Source: a virus (Duplodnaviria > Caudoviricetes). From it: 55,524 nt of DNA. The notes under the pieces were generated by a model that saw only the letters and a program-made list of their open reading frames with translations, was not told the origin of the DNA and did no database searches. The translations under genes and the position numbers were made by a program. The DNA is taken from IMG/VR virus record IMGVR_UViG_3300025723_000050, positions 1 to 55,524 of that record. One strand, given 5' to 3'. This document shows, in pieces, positions 17,739-27,453 of the stretch. The first letter of the stretch is position 1; every line of letters begins with the position of its first letter.

Positions 17739-19217
17739 ATGGATAAAACATTTAACTCTAAATACTCGTCGGGTACTGGTAGCATTAGTGGGAGTGACCC
17801 TGAATGGGGCACTGGCAAAATGGTCAGCAAGTCTCCTTTTGGGTTGCCTTGGTATGTTGACGAACCAGAAGATCTTAAGGTTATTCGTAGATCAAAAGAC
17901 CCCCATTGGCAATTTGGTTCAACTCCTAGAAGCAGAAAAGAACGTGATGAACTCGGTCGCCCAATAGCACCTGTTGAAAAGAGAGAAAAGGATACTTGGG
18001 AAGAATTTGATCCTGACGTACACAAACCTAGTTTTGCAGTCGATTCTGAAGGTGTAAAAGAAAAAGATCCAGCAGAACCAACCCCTCCAAAAACTCGTTA
18101 TACAAGCGAAGAGGATGCTCTTAAGCGTATTCTTAACCAACAGGGTCAACGAACAACTGATTTCCCCATTATCTATTCTCCAGAGGCACTTGAATTCTTG
18201 AAGGAATCAAGTGTTATTACTTTGTCACGTATTGAAGACATTGTTAAGCCAACCAGAAGAATTTTTAACGCTGCTGTTAACTCAGAAGATAATTATGACA
18301 CTGATAATCCTGAGAACTTGCAGGATGAATGGACTGATCGTACTCCTGAGGAAGAAGAAAAAGACCAAGCTGAATCAGAAGCATCAGAGGAAGAGGAAGA
18401 AGAAAATCAGGTAGGTAAGTTTACTTACGATGATAATCATTCTTTTACCCCTGCTGCTCCAGGGGTAGACGAAGAGCCCGAAAACGAAGACAATCAAGAA
18501 GAGGGTACTTCACAAGACAGCGGTGAAGAGGGTAAAGAAGACGAGGATATCGTCCCAATCCCAACAGCACCACCAAGGCCTAAGAAGTTTAAGAGCTCTA
18601 CGCCAAAAGTAATTACAGAACAAACTGCTGTCCCTCACAACCCTGAAAACGAAAGTTTTGATGAAGAAGATGAGAACCTTGCTCCTATTGCTGAATCAGG
18701 TGCTGCTAGAAAGCTAAAGCAAGATAAGAACCGTAAGAAAACTGTCAATGTTCCTCCTCACGCTGTGCAAGGGCCTGACCGTTTCATTGCTCACCTTTTA
18801 CGTGAAGACAACGAAAAAACACAAAAAATGCTTGTAAGAAAAAGTGACAAAAAAGGCATTACTTACAATGCTGCTCTTGATGATACCTTAAATGACTTAA
18901 GAGAAACTAATGAAAAACGCGAGAATATAAAAGAGCTTAGCAAGGCAATCCTTGACAAAGGCCTGTCCGATGACGGGTATGGCAAAGCAGTCACTAAAGA
19001 ACGTGGAGAAAAAGAAACTCACGTGCATTGTGGTTGTGAAAAAAGAGATGGCTTTGAAACGCTTGATAACATTGCTAAGATCAAGGGATCTGATCAGTAT
19101 AAGCAAGGCATCATTGATATCAAAAGAGATCCACAAGAATATGACTCTGATGGTTACTCAAAGCGTGACCGTATGGATAAATTTATTGCAGAATCTACTC
19201 GTTGTAAGGGTGACTAA
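17739..19217 (+). CDS. Large acidic, probably disordered hypothetical protein
   Basis: 492-aa ORF; starts MDKTFNSKYSS; E/D-rich centre. Confidence 0.75.
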   Translation: MDKTFNSKYSSGTGSISGSDPEWGTGKMVSKSPFGLPWYVDEPEDLKVIRRSKDPHWQFGSTPRSRKERDELGRPIAPVEKREKDTWEEFDPDVHKPSFAVDSEGVKEKDPAEPTPPKTRYTSEEDALKRILNQQGQRTTDFPIIYSPEALEFLKESSVITLSRIEDIVKPTRRIFNAAVNSEDNYDTDNPENLQDEWTDRTPEEEEKDQAESEASEEEEEENQVGKFTYDDNHSFTPAAPGVDEEPENEDNQEEGTSQDSGEEGKEDEDIVPIPTAPPRPKKFKSSTPKVITEQTAVPHNPENESFDEEDENLAPIAESGAARKLKQDKNRKKTVNVPPHAVQGPDRFIAHLLREDNEKTQKMLVRKSDKKGITYNAALDDTLNDLRETNEKRENIKELSKAILDKGLSDDGYGKAVTKERGEKETHVHCGCEKRDGFETLDNIAKIKGSDQYKQGIIDIKRDPQEYDSDGYSKRDRMDKFIAESTRCKGD

Positions 19218-19978
19218 TGTCAATTCATGATACACACTACGACCCAAAGAAGCGTTGCGCTATAGCAGACTTTGTAGACTCTCTTCCCGAAGATGAAAAA
19301 AAAGACTGGGCTTACTTAGGTAATTGCGGCATTATTCAGCGAGAATCTAGAAAAGCAAAAAAAGCTAGAAAACGTGGTGGTAAGAGTTGGGATAGCACCA
19401 TCGGCGCAGAGAACAAGCATGGTGAGATTATTATCACCCGCTCCGGCAATAGTCAAATCCATTCTTGTGTTAACCATGCTGCTTTGCTTTTGAATGAAGG
19501 CGTCAACATGGAGCACATGCTTCAGCATCAACGACCTGATCTAAATCCTGGTGAAAGCCCAGACACGCAGAACCGTTTCCACAACAGAACAGAAATGCGC
19601 ACTGAAAGATCAGACAAAGCAAAAGCTAGGCTGACTAAAAGAAAAATCTTGGAAAATAAAGAAAATAGAACGCGACGTAGAACTGATGCTGATGCTGATG
19701 CTACACCAGTGCCTAATCCAAATAGAACACCAGTGGAATACTTTAATGAAAAAGAGCTTAAACCAAAGATTAAATTCAATGCTGGCGAAACAGAAACGCC
19801 TACAGCTCCTACAGCTCCTACAGAAACCAAGCGTCCTGGTCGAGAGCGTAAGAACAAGCCAACACCTGCCGCGCCAACACCTGCCACGCCAACTAGTAGC
19901 CCAACAATTAATATTCCAAAAGCAAGAGTAAACCGGTTGTTTAATGAAAACGAACTCGAAGATGACGAAAGCTTATAA
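19217..19978 (+). CDS. Hypothetical basic protein with P/T-rich tail
   Basis: 253-aa ORF, TAATG coupled at both ends. Confidence 0.7.
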   Translation: MSIHDTHYDPKKRCAIADFVDSLPEDEKKDWAYLGNCGIIQRESRKAKKARKRGGKSWDSTIGAENKHGEIIITRSGNSQIHSCVNHAALLLNEGVNMEHMLQHQRPDLNPGESPDTQNRFHNRTEMRTERSDKAKARLTKRKILENKENRTRRRTDADADATPVPNPNRTPVEYFNEKELKPKIKFNAGETETPTAPTAPTETKRPGRERKNKPTPAAPTPATPTSSPTINIPKARVNRLFNENELEDDESL

Positions 19979-22431
19979 TGAAAAAGTTTGTTTTTAATAA
20001 AGAGATAGAATACGTTAAGACTTCAGCCAATAACTTTGAGCCTGAGCTGCCTAACGCAAAACAAGAAGAATACAATCGGCTTGAGAACGAAGCACGTAAG
20101 ACTCGCAAAAAGCGTGAAAAAAAGCGCAAACAAACTGATGATTTTAATGACGCACCATTTGCTATTTTGATGGGTGATCACGACTATGACCCAGACACAA
20201 ACCCAACTGCAGAACCACCTTCGTGGGAGTTTGTTCACCATGAAATACCTAAGTACTCGGGAGAAAATAACCGTGGTGCTGACTATACCCGCGACTTGAA
20301 GCAAACTTTGCTTAGTAGTGGTCAGTACCGTACAGTTCGTATCCCTAAATCACAATACTCAAACTCTGAGCATGCTGATTTTCTTCTTGATAAAGCACCG
20401 ACTGGTATCTTAGGTTTTAGACGCGTAAATCCTGGCGAGAACATTAGTAGTGCTACAAGCAAGCTTCTGCGTGCTAATGAACAGGGTGAGAAAAGCAAAG
20501 CGCAAGGCGCAGGGACTGGCTCTGATGGGCTAGACCCAGACTCAGTTGCTAATATCATTGCCAACCACAAAGGTGATGCTATTCACCACTTAATGTCATT
20601 GGCTCTTAGTGCTAGCCCTTATAAAAAGGGTGACGATCTTTGTGTGTGCGGAGGGGATTCAACCCATGGTTGTGTAGTGCCTCATGGTAGAGGTGATACC
20701 CCAGAACAACTGCCACAAAGAGTGCAAGGTGGCAGTGTCCCTGGCTACAAAGAGCGTCTTTCACAGAACCCATTGCTCAAATTTTTCCGCAATGTGAATG
20801 GAAAAACTACATTAGCTCACGCTTTTGATGAAGGTGGTCCCGAGGGTACATTCATGCCTATGACGCACTTTACAACAGAGGGTGATACTGTTAGACGTTA
20901 TACAAGTTACAACGCTGCAAAAGCAAGCGATGTTACTGGCGATGATCCTGATATGTATGAACGTCCTTTGTGCGCATGTGGTGATGGTAAGGTTAACGCA
21001 TACCAGAATGAAAACATTGTTGGGGACCGTGATTGCTTCAAGGGCAACGTAAGAAAAAAAGAATCCGTTGATAGCAACGGTAAGCCTATCCTTGTACCAC
21101 ACACAATTGGTTTGGGCGCGGGCAAGCTAAAGTACGTTAATCCTGAAGACGCACCTACATGCAGAACTTGTGCTGGTAACAAATTTACTGATGATGGTGC
21201 AAAATCAGTACGATGCGCAACCTGTAAGGGTACAGGGCATGATCTAAGCGCAATTGATTGTGATAACTGTGAGTCACACGACTCTAGTATCCATTTGACA
21301 CCCGATAACGTTTGTCCATATTGCGATGGAACAATGTACGATAAGACTAGTGACACCCCAACTTTGGTTAAAAAAGATTCAACATCATGGGATGATAACT
21401 ACGAAAGCGCAACTAAAAACCATACTGCAGATGTACTTTATGGCATGGCACAAGTTGCTTTCCCATTGAAAGGCACTGGTGTTGGTAGCACTGGCATTGA
21501 TCACTACCACCATGAACGTCGTAAAGACTGCATAAATTGTGATCATGATGATCAAGAGATGTTTGACGAGAATGGTAAAGCTACAGGTTTGCCATGCCCC
21601 TGCCACATAAGAAGCGCAGCAGACTCAAGCACGTTGCCTCCAGGTACACACATCTTCCATGGTGATTCTAAGACTGGTGCGGGCGCTGGTGTCTATGTTC
21701 CTACCAGAATGCTACAAAAGTCTATGGTTGATACCTATGGTGAAGGTCTTGAAGCTAGTCCTCATGAATTCCACCACTTTCCTGACCTTATTGATGCAAA
21801 GACTAAAAAAACAACAACAGATTTCTATAGAAATATGAATGATGCAGATGTTGATGATATAAACAGTACTAAGCCACTTAGATCACAGTTCGTTACTGGT
21901 ATGTTGCAAAATGGTGTTAGCACGCCTAAAGAAGATCTGCTTGACGCTCTTAGGAAGAGTGAAGAGAACTGGAAAAAACCAAATGCTCATTACACAGCAC
22001 CTTCAGCGGATCTTGCTTTAGCTAAAGAATTAGCTAGCAAAGTGGGTACAGTTCCTGACTTAGTCCATCCCTATGTTGCAAAGAAAGTAAAAGAACGTGC
22101 AGTAAACCAACCTGTCTTTAGACACGACCCAGAAAACTTCCCGGAGCACATGCAAGAAGGTGTGTATGCTGTTGAACGTACTATGGGCATTTTGCCTGAT
22201 GCAAATTCTGGTCGTTACAATATGGATACAGATGCATTGTATAAATCTCTTAGACAAGGTGACACTGAAGGTGCTGCTAAATCATCTGCTAAGTTACATG
22301 AGCGTATTAAACGTTTCAGTGGGCCTAGAAGTGCAGAATTGTTTAAGCAATCAGTATCTAAGTTCCCAGATTATCAGACAGATAGCTGGACAATTAAGCC
22401 AGCAGAAGTAGAGGCAAAAGCAAATGAATAA
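19978..22431 (+). CDS. Large Cys-rich protein with DnaJ-type CxxCxGxG zinc-finger repeats
   Basis: CRTCAG, CATCKGTG, CPYCDGT and further CxC/CxxC motifs. Confidence 0.75.
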   Translation: MKKFVFNKEIEYVKTSANNFEPELPNAKQEEYNRLENEARKTRKKREKKRKQTDDFNDAPFAILMGDHDYDPDTNPTAEPPSWEFVHHEIPKYSGENNRGADYTRDLKQTLLSSGQYRTVRIPKSQYSNSEHADFLLDKAPTGILGFRRVNPGENISSATSKLLRANEQGEKSKAQGAGTGSDGLDPDSVANIIANHKGDAIHHLMSLALSASPYKKGDDLCVCGGDSTHGCVVPHGRGDTPEQLPQRVQGGSVPGYKERLSQNPLLKFFRNVNGKTTLAHAFDEGGPEGTFMPMTHFTTEGDTVRRYTSYNAAKASDVTGDDPDMYERPLCACGDGKVNAYQNENIVGDRDCFKGNVRKKESVDSNGKPILVPHTIGLGAGKLKYVNPEDAPTCRTCAGNKFTDDGAKSVRCATCKGTGHDLSAIDCDNCESHDSSIHLTPDNVCPYCDGTMYDKTSDTPTLVKKDSTSWDDNYESATKNHTADVLYGMAQVAFPLKGTGVGSTGIDHYHHERRKDCINCDHDDQEMFDENGKATGLPCPCHIRSAADSSTLPPGTHIFHGDSKTGAGAGVYVPTRMLQKSMVDTYGEGLEASPHEFHHFPDLIDAKTKKTTTDFYRNMNDADVDDINSTKPLRSQFVTGMLQNGVSTPKEDLLDALRKSEENWKKPNAHYTAPSADLALAKELASKVGTVPDLVHPYVAKKVKERAVNQPVFRHDPENFPEHMQEGVYAVERTMGILPDANSGRYNMDTDALYKSLRQGDTEGAAKSSAKLHERIKRFSGPRSAELFKQSVSKFPDYQTDSWTIKPAEVEAKANE

Positions 22432-24763
22432 ACCAACTTTTAACTCAAAGATTGCTGCTACCCCAGAAGATTTTAACCAATACGACGAATATAGCTCAAT
22501 GACTCCAGAGCAAATGGGTGAAGCTGGTTTTTATTCTGAGGAAGCTCAAGAACGTGTACGCCCAAGTAAAGCTAAAGAAAAGCCAAGCACAACCCGTAAG
22601 ACTCCATTGCCTGGTGACATTACTGTTTATTCTGCTGAGCCTATTACATATAAACCAAAGCTTCAAAAAGGTCAAAAGTTTAGGAACGTTGTAGACCCAG
22701 AAGAGTATAAGCCTTTTGAAAGTGAAGCTAGCGAGTACCATAGCAATCTTCACAAAATGGCAGCATTGTTAAAAGTACCTGTGCTTACTATGATTTCACA
22801 GTTCCCATGCCCAACATGCAAAGGGAAGATGCACGGTGGCTTTGAGGAAGCTCCAGTAAACAAACCACATGAGCAACTTGAATGTATTACTTGTGGTAAC
22901 AAAGGTTTCCATCTACCGAAAGAGCATGCTGACTTGCTTGACAACATGTCTGACGTTTCTATGGAGAACCGTAAGCACAACGAAAACGTTCAATGGCACG
23001 AAGATAACTGCCTTGCTCATGACTGTGCTGATGGTTGCCCTATCAATAGAGCTATCTTACGCCACAGATTAAACAGAAAAGATGAAGATGGTAACTTGAT
23101 AAAAGGTTGCCATCCTTCTGAGTTCTGCACTGATAACCAGTGCATGCACCATGAAGAAAAAATTAATGGTCAAAGAATGCACTGTGCAAAAGATTGTGAT
23201 CATGTTCTTGGGCAAGGCAATCTTGACGAAGAAGGTGGTGGCCCACTAGGACCAGCCGACCAGGCACGTGCTAATTTCCTTGAAAAAAGAAAAAAGAACT
23301 GTACTAAATGTGACGGAAATGGCTGCAGAGAATGCAGTAGCCCTAAGATCCCACGTGGTGTTGCTTTCTCACGAGCTGGATCAAGCACTAGTACTGTGTC
23401 TTTTGCTGCCCGCCGCGCCACTGTTGGTGAAAAAGACAACATTGCTCCTATGTTGCAAATCATGGGTGGTCACCCTAGACAAGGAATTAGACGAGGCACT
23501 CCCATCTATAAGATTGGTGGTTGGGACAATACTAACCCTAATGCTGCTCTTTATTCTGATTTGCCCCAAGAAGACTACATGCTGCGCCACCACACTGATG
23601 GTGCTGTCCATGTACCGGGTATGCCTACAGAAAATAATTATGAAGGCGGCATAAACGATCCTAAATTTCATGAGGATTATGGTAAGTGGAAGAATGTTGT
23701 AGACGAAGCAAACGCAAAAAGTTATCAAGAATCTTTTTACAAAGCTCCTCATAGACAAAGAGAAATGCGTGATGAAACCGCCAATGCTGGTGGCTATCAG
23801 GGTAAACACACTTTTGGTGTTATTACAAACGTCAGCCATGATGGGCAATACGTTGAAGGCGTTGAGTGGGGCGCTAGTGCGGAAGATGATCGTAATGCGT
23901 TAAGAGATCAGATAAAAGGTACGTATGGTTATCGTCGTCAAACTAGACGTACTAGTGGTGACACGGTTAACAAATCTTGGAAGAGTAAACGGGATAGAAT
24001 CGTAAGAAAGCCTGTGCAAGACCACATTGCTAATGCAATGGATGAACTGCAGCCAATGATTGGTGAAAAGACTACATCAAGAAGAGTAACTGCAGTACCT
24101 TTTGCCTGTCACGTTAGCCAGGTTGGTAGAGTAGATACAGTCAACTCTCAATTCTTGCAAACTGTTGGAGACGTTCAGACAACCATGTTTAGACGTGATG
24201 TCGATCCTAGCCACAGAGATAACCCTGATGCGAACCAAGATCAAAAGATTCAGGCTGTTGTTCACCACTTAAAACCAACGCTTCTTAGTACAGAAGGTTA
24301 TAAGCACCTCATGTATACCACGCCTAACAATGAAGCTAGACGACGTATGTATGGTCTTGCAGAGGAAGCTCATGCCGTATATGGGGTCCCACTAAACCAC
24401 AAACACAGTTTGATTCCTAGAGAAATGCATGGAGTACTCGCTGGTCACGTAAGTATCAATAACAGAAATGACTTTGATGAAGCTTCACCATCAACTTTAG
24501 CTTACCAAGCAGCTATTAAGAGCCCAGGGCTTAATCTACCAACAAGTCAAATGCCCGGTCGATTGAAGGGTGGTGTACCTGAGATTTCTGACGAAGATGC
24601 GCAAAGAATGGCTGATACAGTCAATAAAAAACACTTCCGCGAGAAAAAAAGAAACCTAAGCAAAAATGAATTGGAAGATGTCCACGACGCTATCAAGAGC
24701 GAAGGTCACATCAATGGTGGCCTAAGAGCTGCTGGATTTGATCCAGATGATGAGGAAGAATAA
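22424..24763 (+). CDS. Large Cys/His-rich protein with CxxCxG motifs
   Basis: CPTCKG, CITCGNKG, CTKCDGNGCREC; starts MNKPTFNSKIAA. Confidence 0.75.
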   Translation: MNKPTFNSKIAATPEDFNQYDEYSSMTPEQMGEAGFYSEEAQERVRPSKAKEKPSTTRKTPLPGDITVYSAEPITYKPKLQKGQKFRNVVDPEEYKPFESEASEYHSNLHKMAALLKVPVLTMISQFPCPTCKGKMHGGFEEAPVNKPHEQLECITCGNKGFHLPKEHADLLDNMSDVSMENRKHNENVQWHEDNCLAHDCADGCPINRAILRHRLNRKDEDGNLIKGCHPSEFCTDNQCMHHEEKINGQRMHCAKDCDHVLGQGNLDEEGGGPLGPADQARANFLEKRKKNCTKCDGNGCRECSSPKIPRGVAFSRAGSSTSTVSFAARRATVGEKDNIAPMLQIMGGHPRQGIRRGTPIYKIGGWDNTNPNAALYSDLPQEDYMLRHHTDGAVHVPGMPTENNYEGGINDPKFHEDYGKWKNVVDEANAKSYQESFYKAPHRQREMRDETANAGGYQGKHTFGVITNVSHDGQYVEGVEWGASAEDDRNALRDQIKGTYGYRRQTRRTSGDTVNKSWKSKRDRIVRKPVQDHIANAMDELQPMIGEKTTSRRVTAVPFACHVSQVGRVDTVNSQFLQTVGDVQTTMFRRDVDPSHRDNPDANQDQKIQAVVHHLKPTLLSTEGYKHLMYTTPNNEARRRMYGLAEEAHAVYGVPLNHKHSLIPREMHGVLAGHVSINNRNDFDEASPSTLAYQAAIKSPGLNLPTSQMPGRLKGGVPEISDEDAQRMADTVNKKHFREKKRNLSKNELEDVHDAIKSEGHINGGLRAAGFDPDDEEE

Positions 24764-25236
24764 TGAACCGTAAAAGAAGCTACGTAGAGCCAAAGGATGC
24801 CCCCGAGGGTGTACCCTGCCGTTTTTGTGATCTACCTTCGTATACAGATGGTCTTGGCCCTGTACACCAAGATGGTGTTGCTGTAGATAAGAAAAGGCCA
24901 TTGTTTTCCCACGAATACTGCCTTATGAACTCAGGTGGTTTGAAGCAAGACAACCAGGACTTCTCACTACAAGAGCTGCTCCCGTCTTACCTTAGAACTA
25001 ATCAAATGAATACTTTGGGTGCCCCAGCTGAGCAGCCTATGCAAATGGTTGCCAATGTTCAAGATGATGATAGCGTGTGGGCTTTTGCTTCAAAAATGCG
25101 TTTTATTGCTAAAGAAGAAGTTAATAACTTGACTCATATGAAGAAATCACCAGCAGTACAACCTGCAACAGAAGTTAATAAATCAGAAGAATATGACTCT
25201 GATGACACGGGTGCACCTAACCCACCAAGCAAGTAG
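24763..25236 (+). CDS. Hypothetical protein with CxxC...HxxC motif
   Basis: 157-aa ORF, TAATG coupled. Confidence 0.65.
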   Translation: MNRKRSYVEPKDAPEGVPCRFCDLPSYTDGLGPVHQDGVAVDKKRPLFSHEYCLMNSGGLKQDNQDFSLQELLPSYLRTNQMNTLGAPAEQPMQMVANVQDDDSVWAFASKMRFIAKEEVNNLTHMKKSPAVQPATEVNKSEEYDSDDTGAPNPPSK

Positions 25237-25296
25237 AGCAATGTAATTAACCACGATTCATACCGTAGTGTATGTATCCACGCACAGGAGAGATTA

Positions 25297-25866
25297 ATGG
25301 AACCCCGTTTGAATATTAAAGTAGCTGAATTGTTCGATAAGACTGCAGCTGATATGGGTGCTAACCCCGATGTTAACTTTATGGACCCAAGCCAGCAATG
25401 GATTGGTGACTACATTGACCAGGACAGCAACCACTTCGAGAAAAACATGGACGCTTACATGCAACAGCGTCAGGGCCTGGGCGACCAGATTCAACGTTAT
25501 GTTGATGAAGGTATGACCAACAACCAAGTGTTTGGTCCTGCTAGTGACCGTGACATCATGGCTAATGAGCCTGAAGTCGCTGGTACTGGTGACCTGCAGC
25601 TTGTTCCTTCCAAGGCAGCTGGTAAGTTTGCTAGCCAAGCTAATGGCTTCCGTACGAATCAGGCTCACCCTGACTTTACGCTTGGCCTTGTTGCCAACGT
25701 AAGCACCGGTTCGTTGATCAACTCTCGAGTCGTTGCAGAGACACCTAGCACAAAGATCGCCGGTACGGTTATTGCCGTTGGTGACAGTGAGTTCGCTGTT
25801 ATCTGGGATGACCGTACTGCCTCTGTTGAGCGCAAGGGCGACTACGAATTGGTGATTGCCCAATAG
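25297..25866 (+). CDS. Hypothetical, probably head-associated protein with C-terminal small beta-barrel
   Basis: AGGAG RBS; strong codon bias; GTVIAV...FAVIWDD SH3-like pattern. Confidence 0.7.
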   Translation: MEPRLNIKVAELFDKTAADMGANPDVNFMDPSQQWIGDYIDQDSNHFEKNMDAYMQQRQGLGDQIQRYVDEGMTNNQVFGPASDRDIMANEPEVAGTGDLQLVPSKAAGKFASQANGFRTNQAHPDFTLGLVANVSTGSLINSRVVAETPSTKIAGTVIAVGDSEFAVIWDDRTASVERKGDYELVIAQ

Positions 25867-25869
25867 CTC

Positions 25870-26517
25870 ATGTTTAGGTCCAGAAGAACTAAGATCGTTT
25901 CTACTCCTGTAGAAGAGATCCTTGAGGTTGAGTTTCCTATCAAAGATGAATGGGAAGAAATAGAAACTTGGGAAGAACCCGAGCCAGAGCAAATAACTAA
26001 CATTGAATTCTTAGCGATTAAGTACACTGAGAACGAAATGGAATGGGGAACGCTTACCAACTATGATGGCTATGAATTTAGCTTCCAATGGGATAACAAG
26101 GCAAAACGTATTGTTCGCCTTGTTGGACCTAGAGTTGATAAGTTAACTTGGGATCTTTGCAACGATGTGCTACACAAGTATTACATCAAGCCAGAACCAC
26201 CAAAGGTTGAAGAACCAATTGGTCCCCAGATTGAACAAGCAGTAACAAAGATTGAATCAGCAATAAAGAACTCACTGAACCCAGTAGCTAACGCTTTTAA
26301 GAACATGGAAAGCAAGCTAGAAAAAGCGATTACGGTAAGGCCAGCTCCGGCTCCTGTGCAAGCTGCTCCTGCTCCAAGGCCACAGACAGTTCAGTCAGTA
26401 CCAATGGCTGATGCACCGGCTATGAGCGTTGCAGATGATGACATTAGCATGAATGCTATGAAGTTTCTCCAGCAATCAGATACACCGGATCTAGGTATAG
26501 ATTATATGAGTCTTTAA
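25870..26517 (+). CDS. Hypothetical protein
   Basis: 215-aa ORF in operon. Confidence 0.7.
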   Translation: MFRSRRTKIVSTPVEEILEVEFPIKDEWEEIETWEEPEPEQITNIEFLAIKYTENEMEWGTLTNYDGYEFSFQWDNKAKRIVRLVGPRVDKLTWDLCNDVLHKYYIKPEPPKVEEPIGPQIEQAVTKIESAIKNSLNPVANAFKNMESKLEKAITVRPAPAPVQAAPAPRPQTVQSVPMADAPAMSVADDDISMNAMKFLQQSDTPDLGIDYMSL

Positions 26518-26526
26518 GGAGACAAG

Positions 26527-27246
26527 ATGGAATTCGCAGAAGGATACGGTCCAAAGCAAGTAAAGAAGCCATACGTATTAGGTCAATTTGTTACTGTATA
26601 TGGTAACGATGGTACGCCTGGTTCTGTTAACCCTGCTGCAGTTGCATACTCACCAGTATCTTCCGGTAGTGAAATCACACTGAACCAATCATGGAATGGT
26701 GGCATAACTGGGGTTCTGAGTCCCGGCCTCAACCTCAACGTTAATGGTAATGGCAATACAGACACCTCATTCATCTTTGCTCCTGGCGCTGCGACTGCAA
26801 TTACTGACTTGACAACCGCTGTTCTCAACTTGGCACCAGCAGCAACCTTCTCTGGCAGTGCAGGTGTTTCATGGCAAGGTTCATATGACCGTTATTCCGC
26901 AGCGGATGCCTCTTGGAATGTAATTGCAACTGGCACAGTAACTAGTGGTGGTGGATCACTTAATCTTAACCAATCTGGCATTGGTAGCGTAGTTTACAAC
27001 GCTTACCGCATTGTTGCCAGCGGTACACCAGGGGCTGGAATCATTAACTGGTCTATCCCTGGATTCTTCCTTGATATTAATGCTCAGAGCATTGGTCAGA
27101 ATGCTATTTATGATAATGGCAATATCGGTCAGCTCAACATCCAGGACAATGACAGAATCACTATTAGTGGTGGTCAGCAGACCGGATATGCAGAAGACCC
27201 AGAGCCACTTGCTGCAATTAAGAACAACGCAGACTACTTCGGTTAA
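26527..27246 (+). CDS. Putative virion structural protein (G/S/T/N-rich, beta-rich)
   Basis: AAGGAG RBS; composition typical of virion beta-sandwich proteins; lies upstream of portal. Confidence 0.55.
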   Translation: MEFAEGYGPKQVKKPYVLGQFVTVYGNDGTPGSVNPAAVAYSPVSSGSEITLNQSWNGGITGVLSPGLNLNVNGNGNTDTSFIFAPGAATAITDLTTAVLNLAPAATFSGSAGVSWQGSYDRYSAADASWNVIATGTVTSGGGSLNLNQSGIGSVVYNAYRIVASGTPGAGIINWSIPGFFLDINAQSIGQNAIYDNGNIGQLNIQDNDRITISGGQQTGYAEDPEPLAAIKNNADYFG

Positions 27247-27255
27247 GGAGAAACT

Positions 27256-27441
27256 ATGGAAAGACAACAAAACATCAGACAAGCTTCAATCCGCAGAGTC
27301 GGTGCTAACTTTGATTTTAATGGAAATCCTATCACTCAGAACCGTTCAGGTGGTATCATTAGAGCTACACGTAGTGTAAACTATCCATGTGGTCACCAGG
27401 CCATCCCTGGGGTTGAATCTTGTAGCTGCATGGCATTCTAG
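27256..27441 (+). CDS. Small hypothetical protein
   Basis: 61-aa ORF, AAGGAG RBS, C-terminal Cys residues. Confidence 0.6.
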   Translation: MERQQNIRQASIRRVGANFDFNGNPITQNRSGGIIRATRSVNYPCGHQAIPGVESCSCMAF

Positions 27442-27453
27442 AAAGATTAATTG

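Noticed and set aside
19978-24763. DnaJ chaperone or multiheme cytochrome call for the Cys-rich proteins
   Set aside because: No J-domain HPD context, no repeated CxxCH heme motifs and no signal peptide
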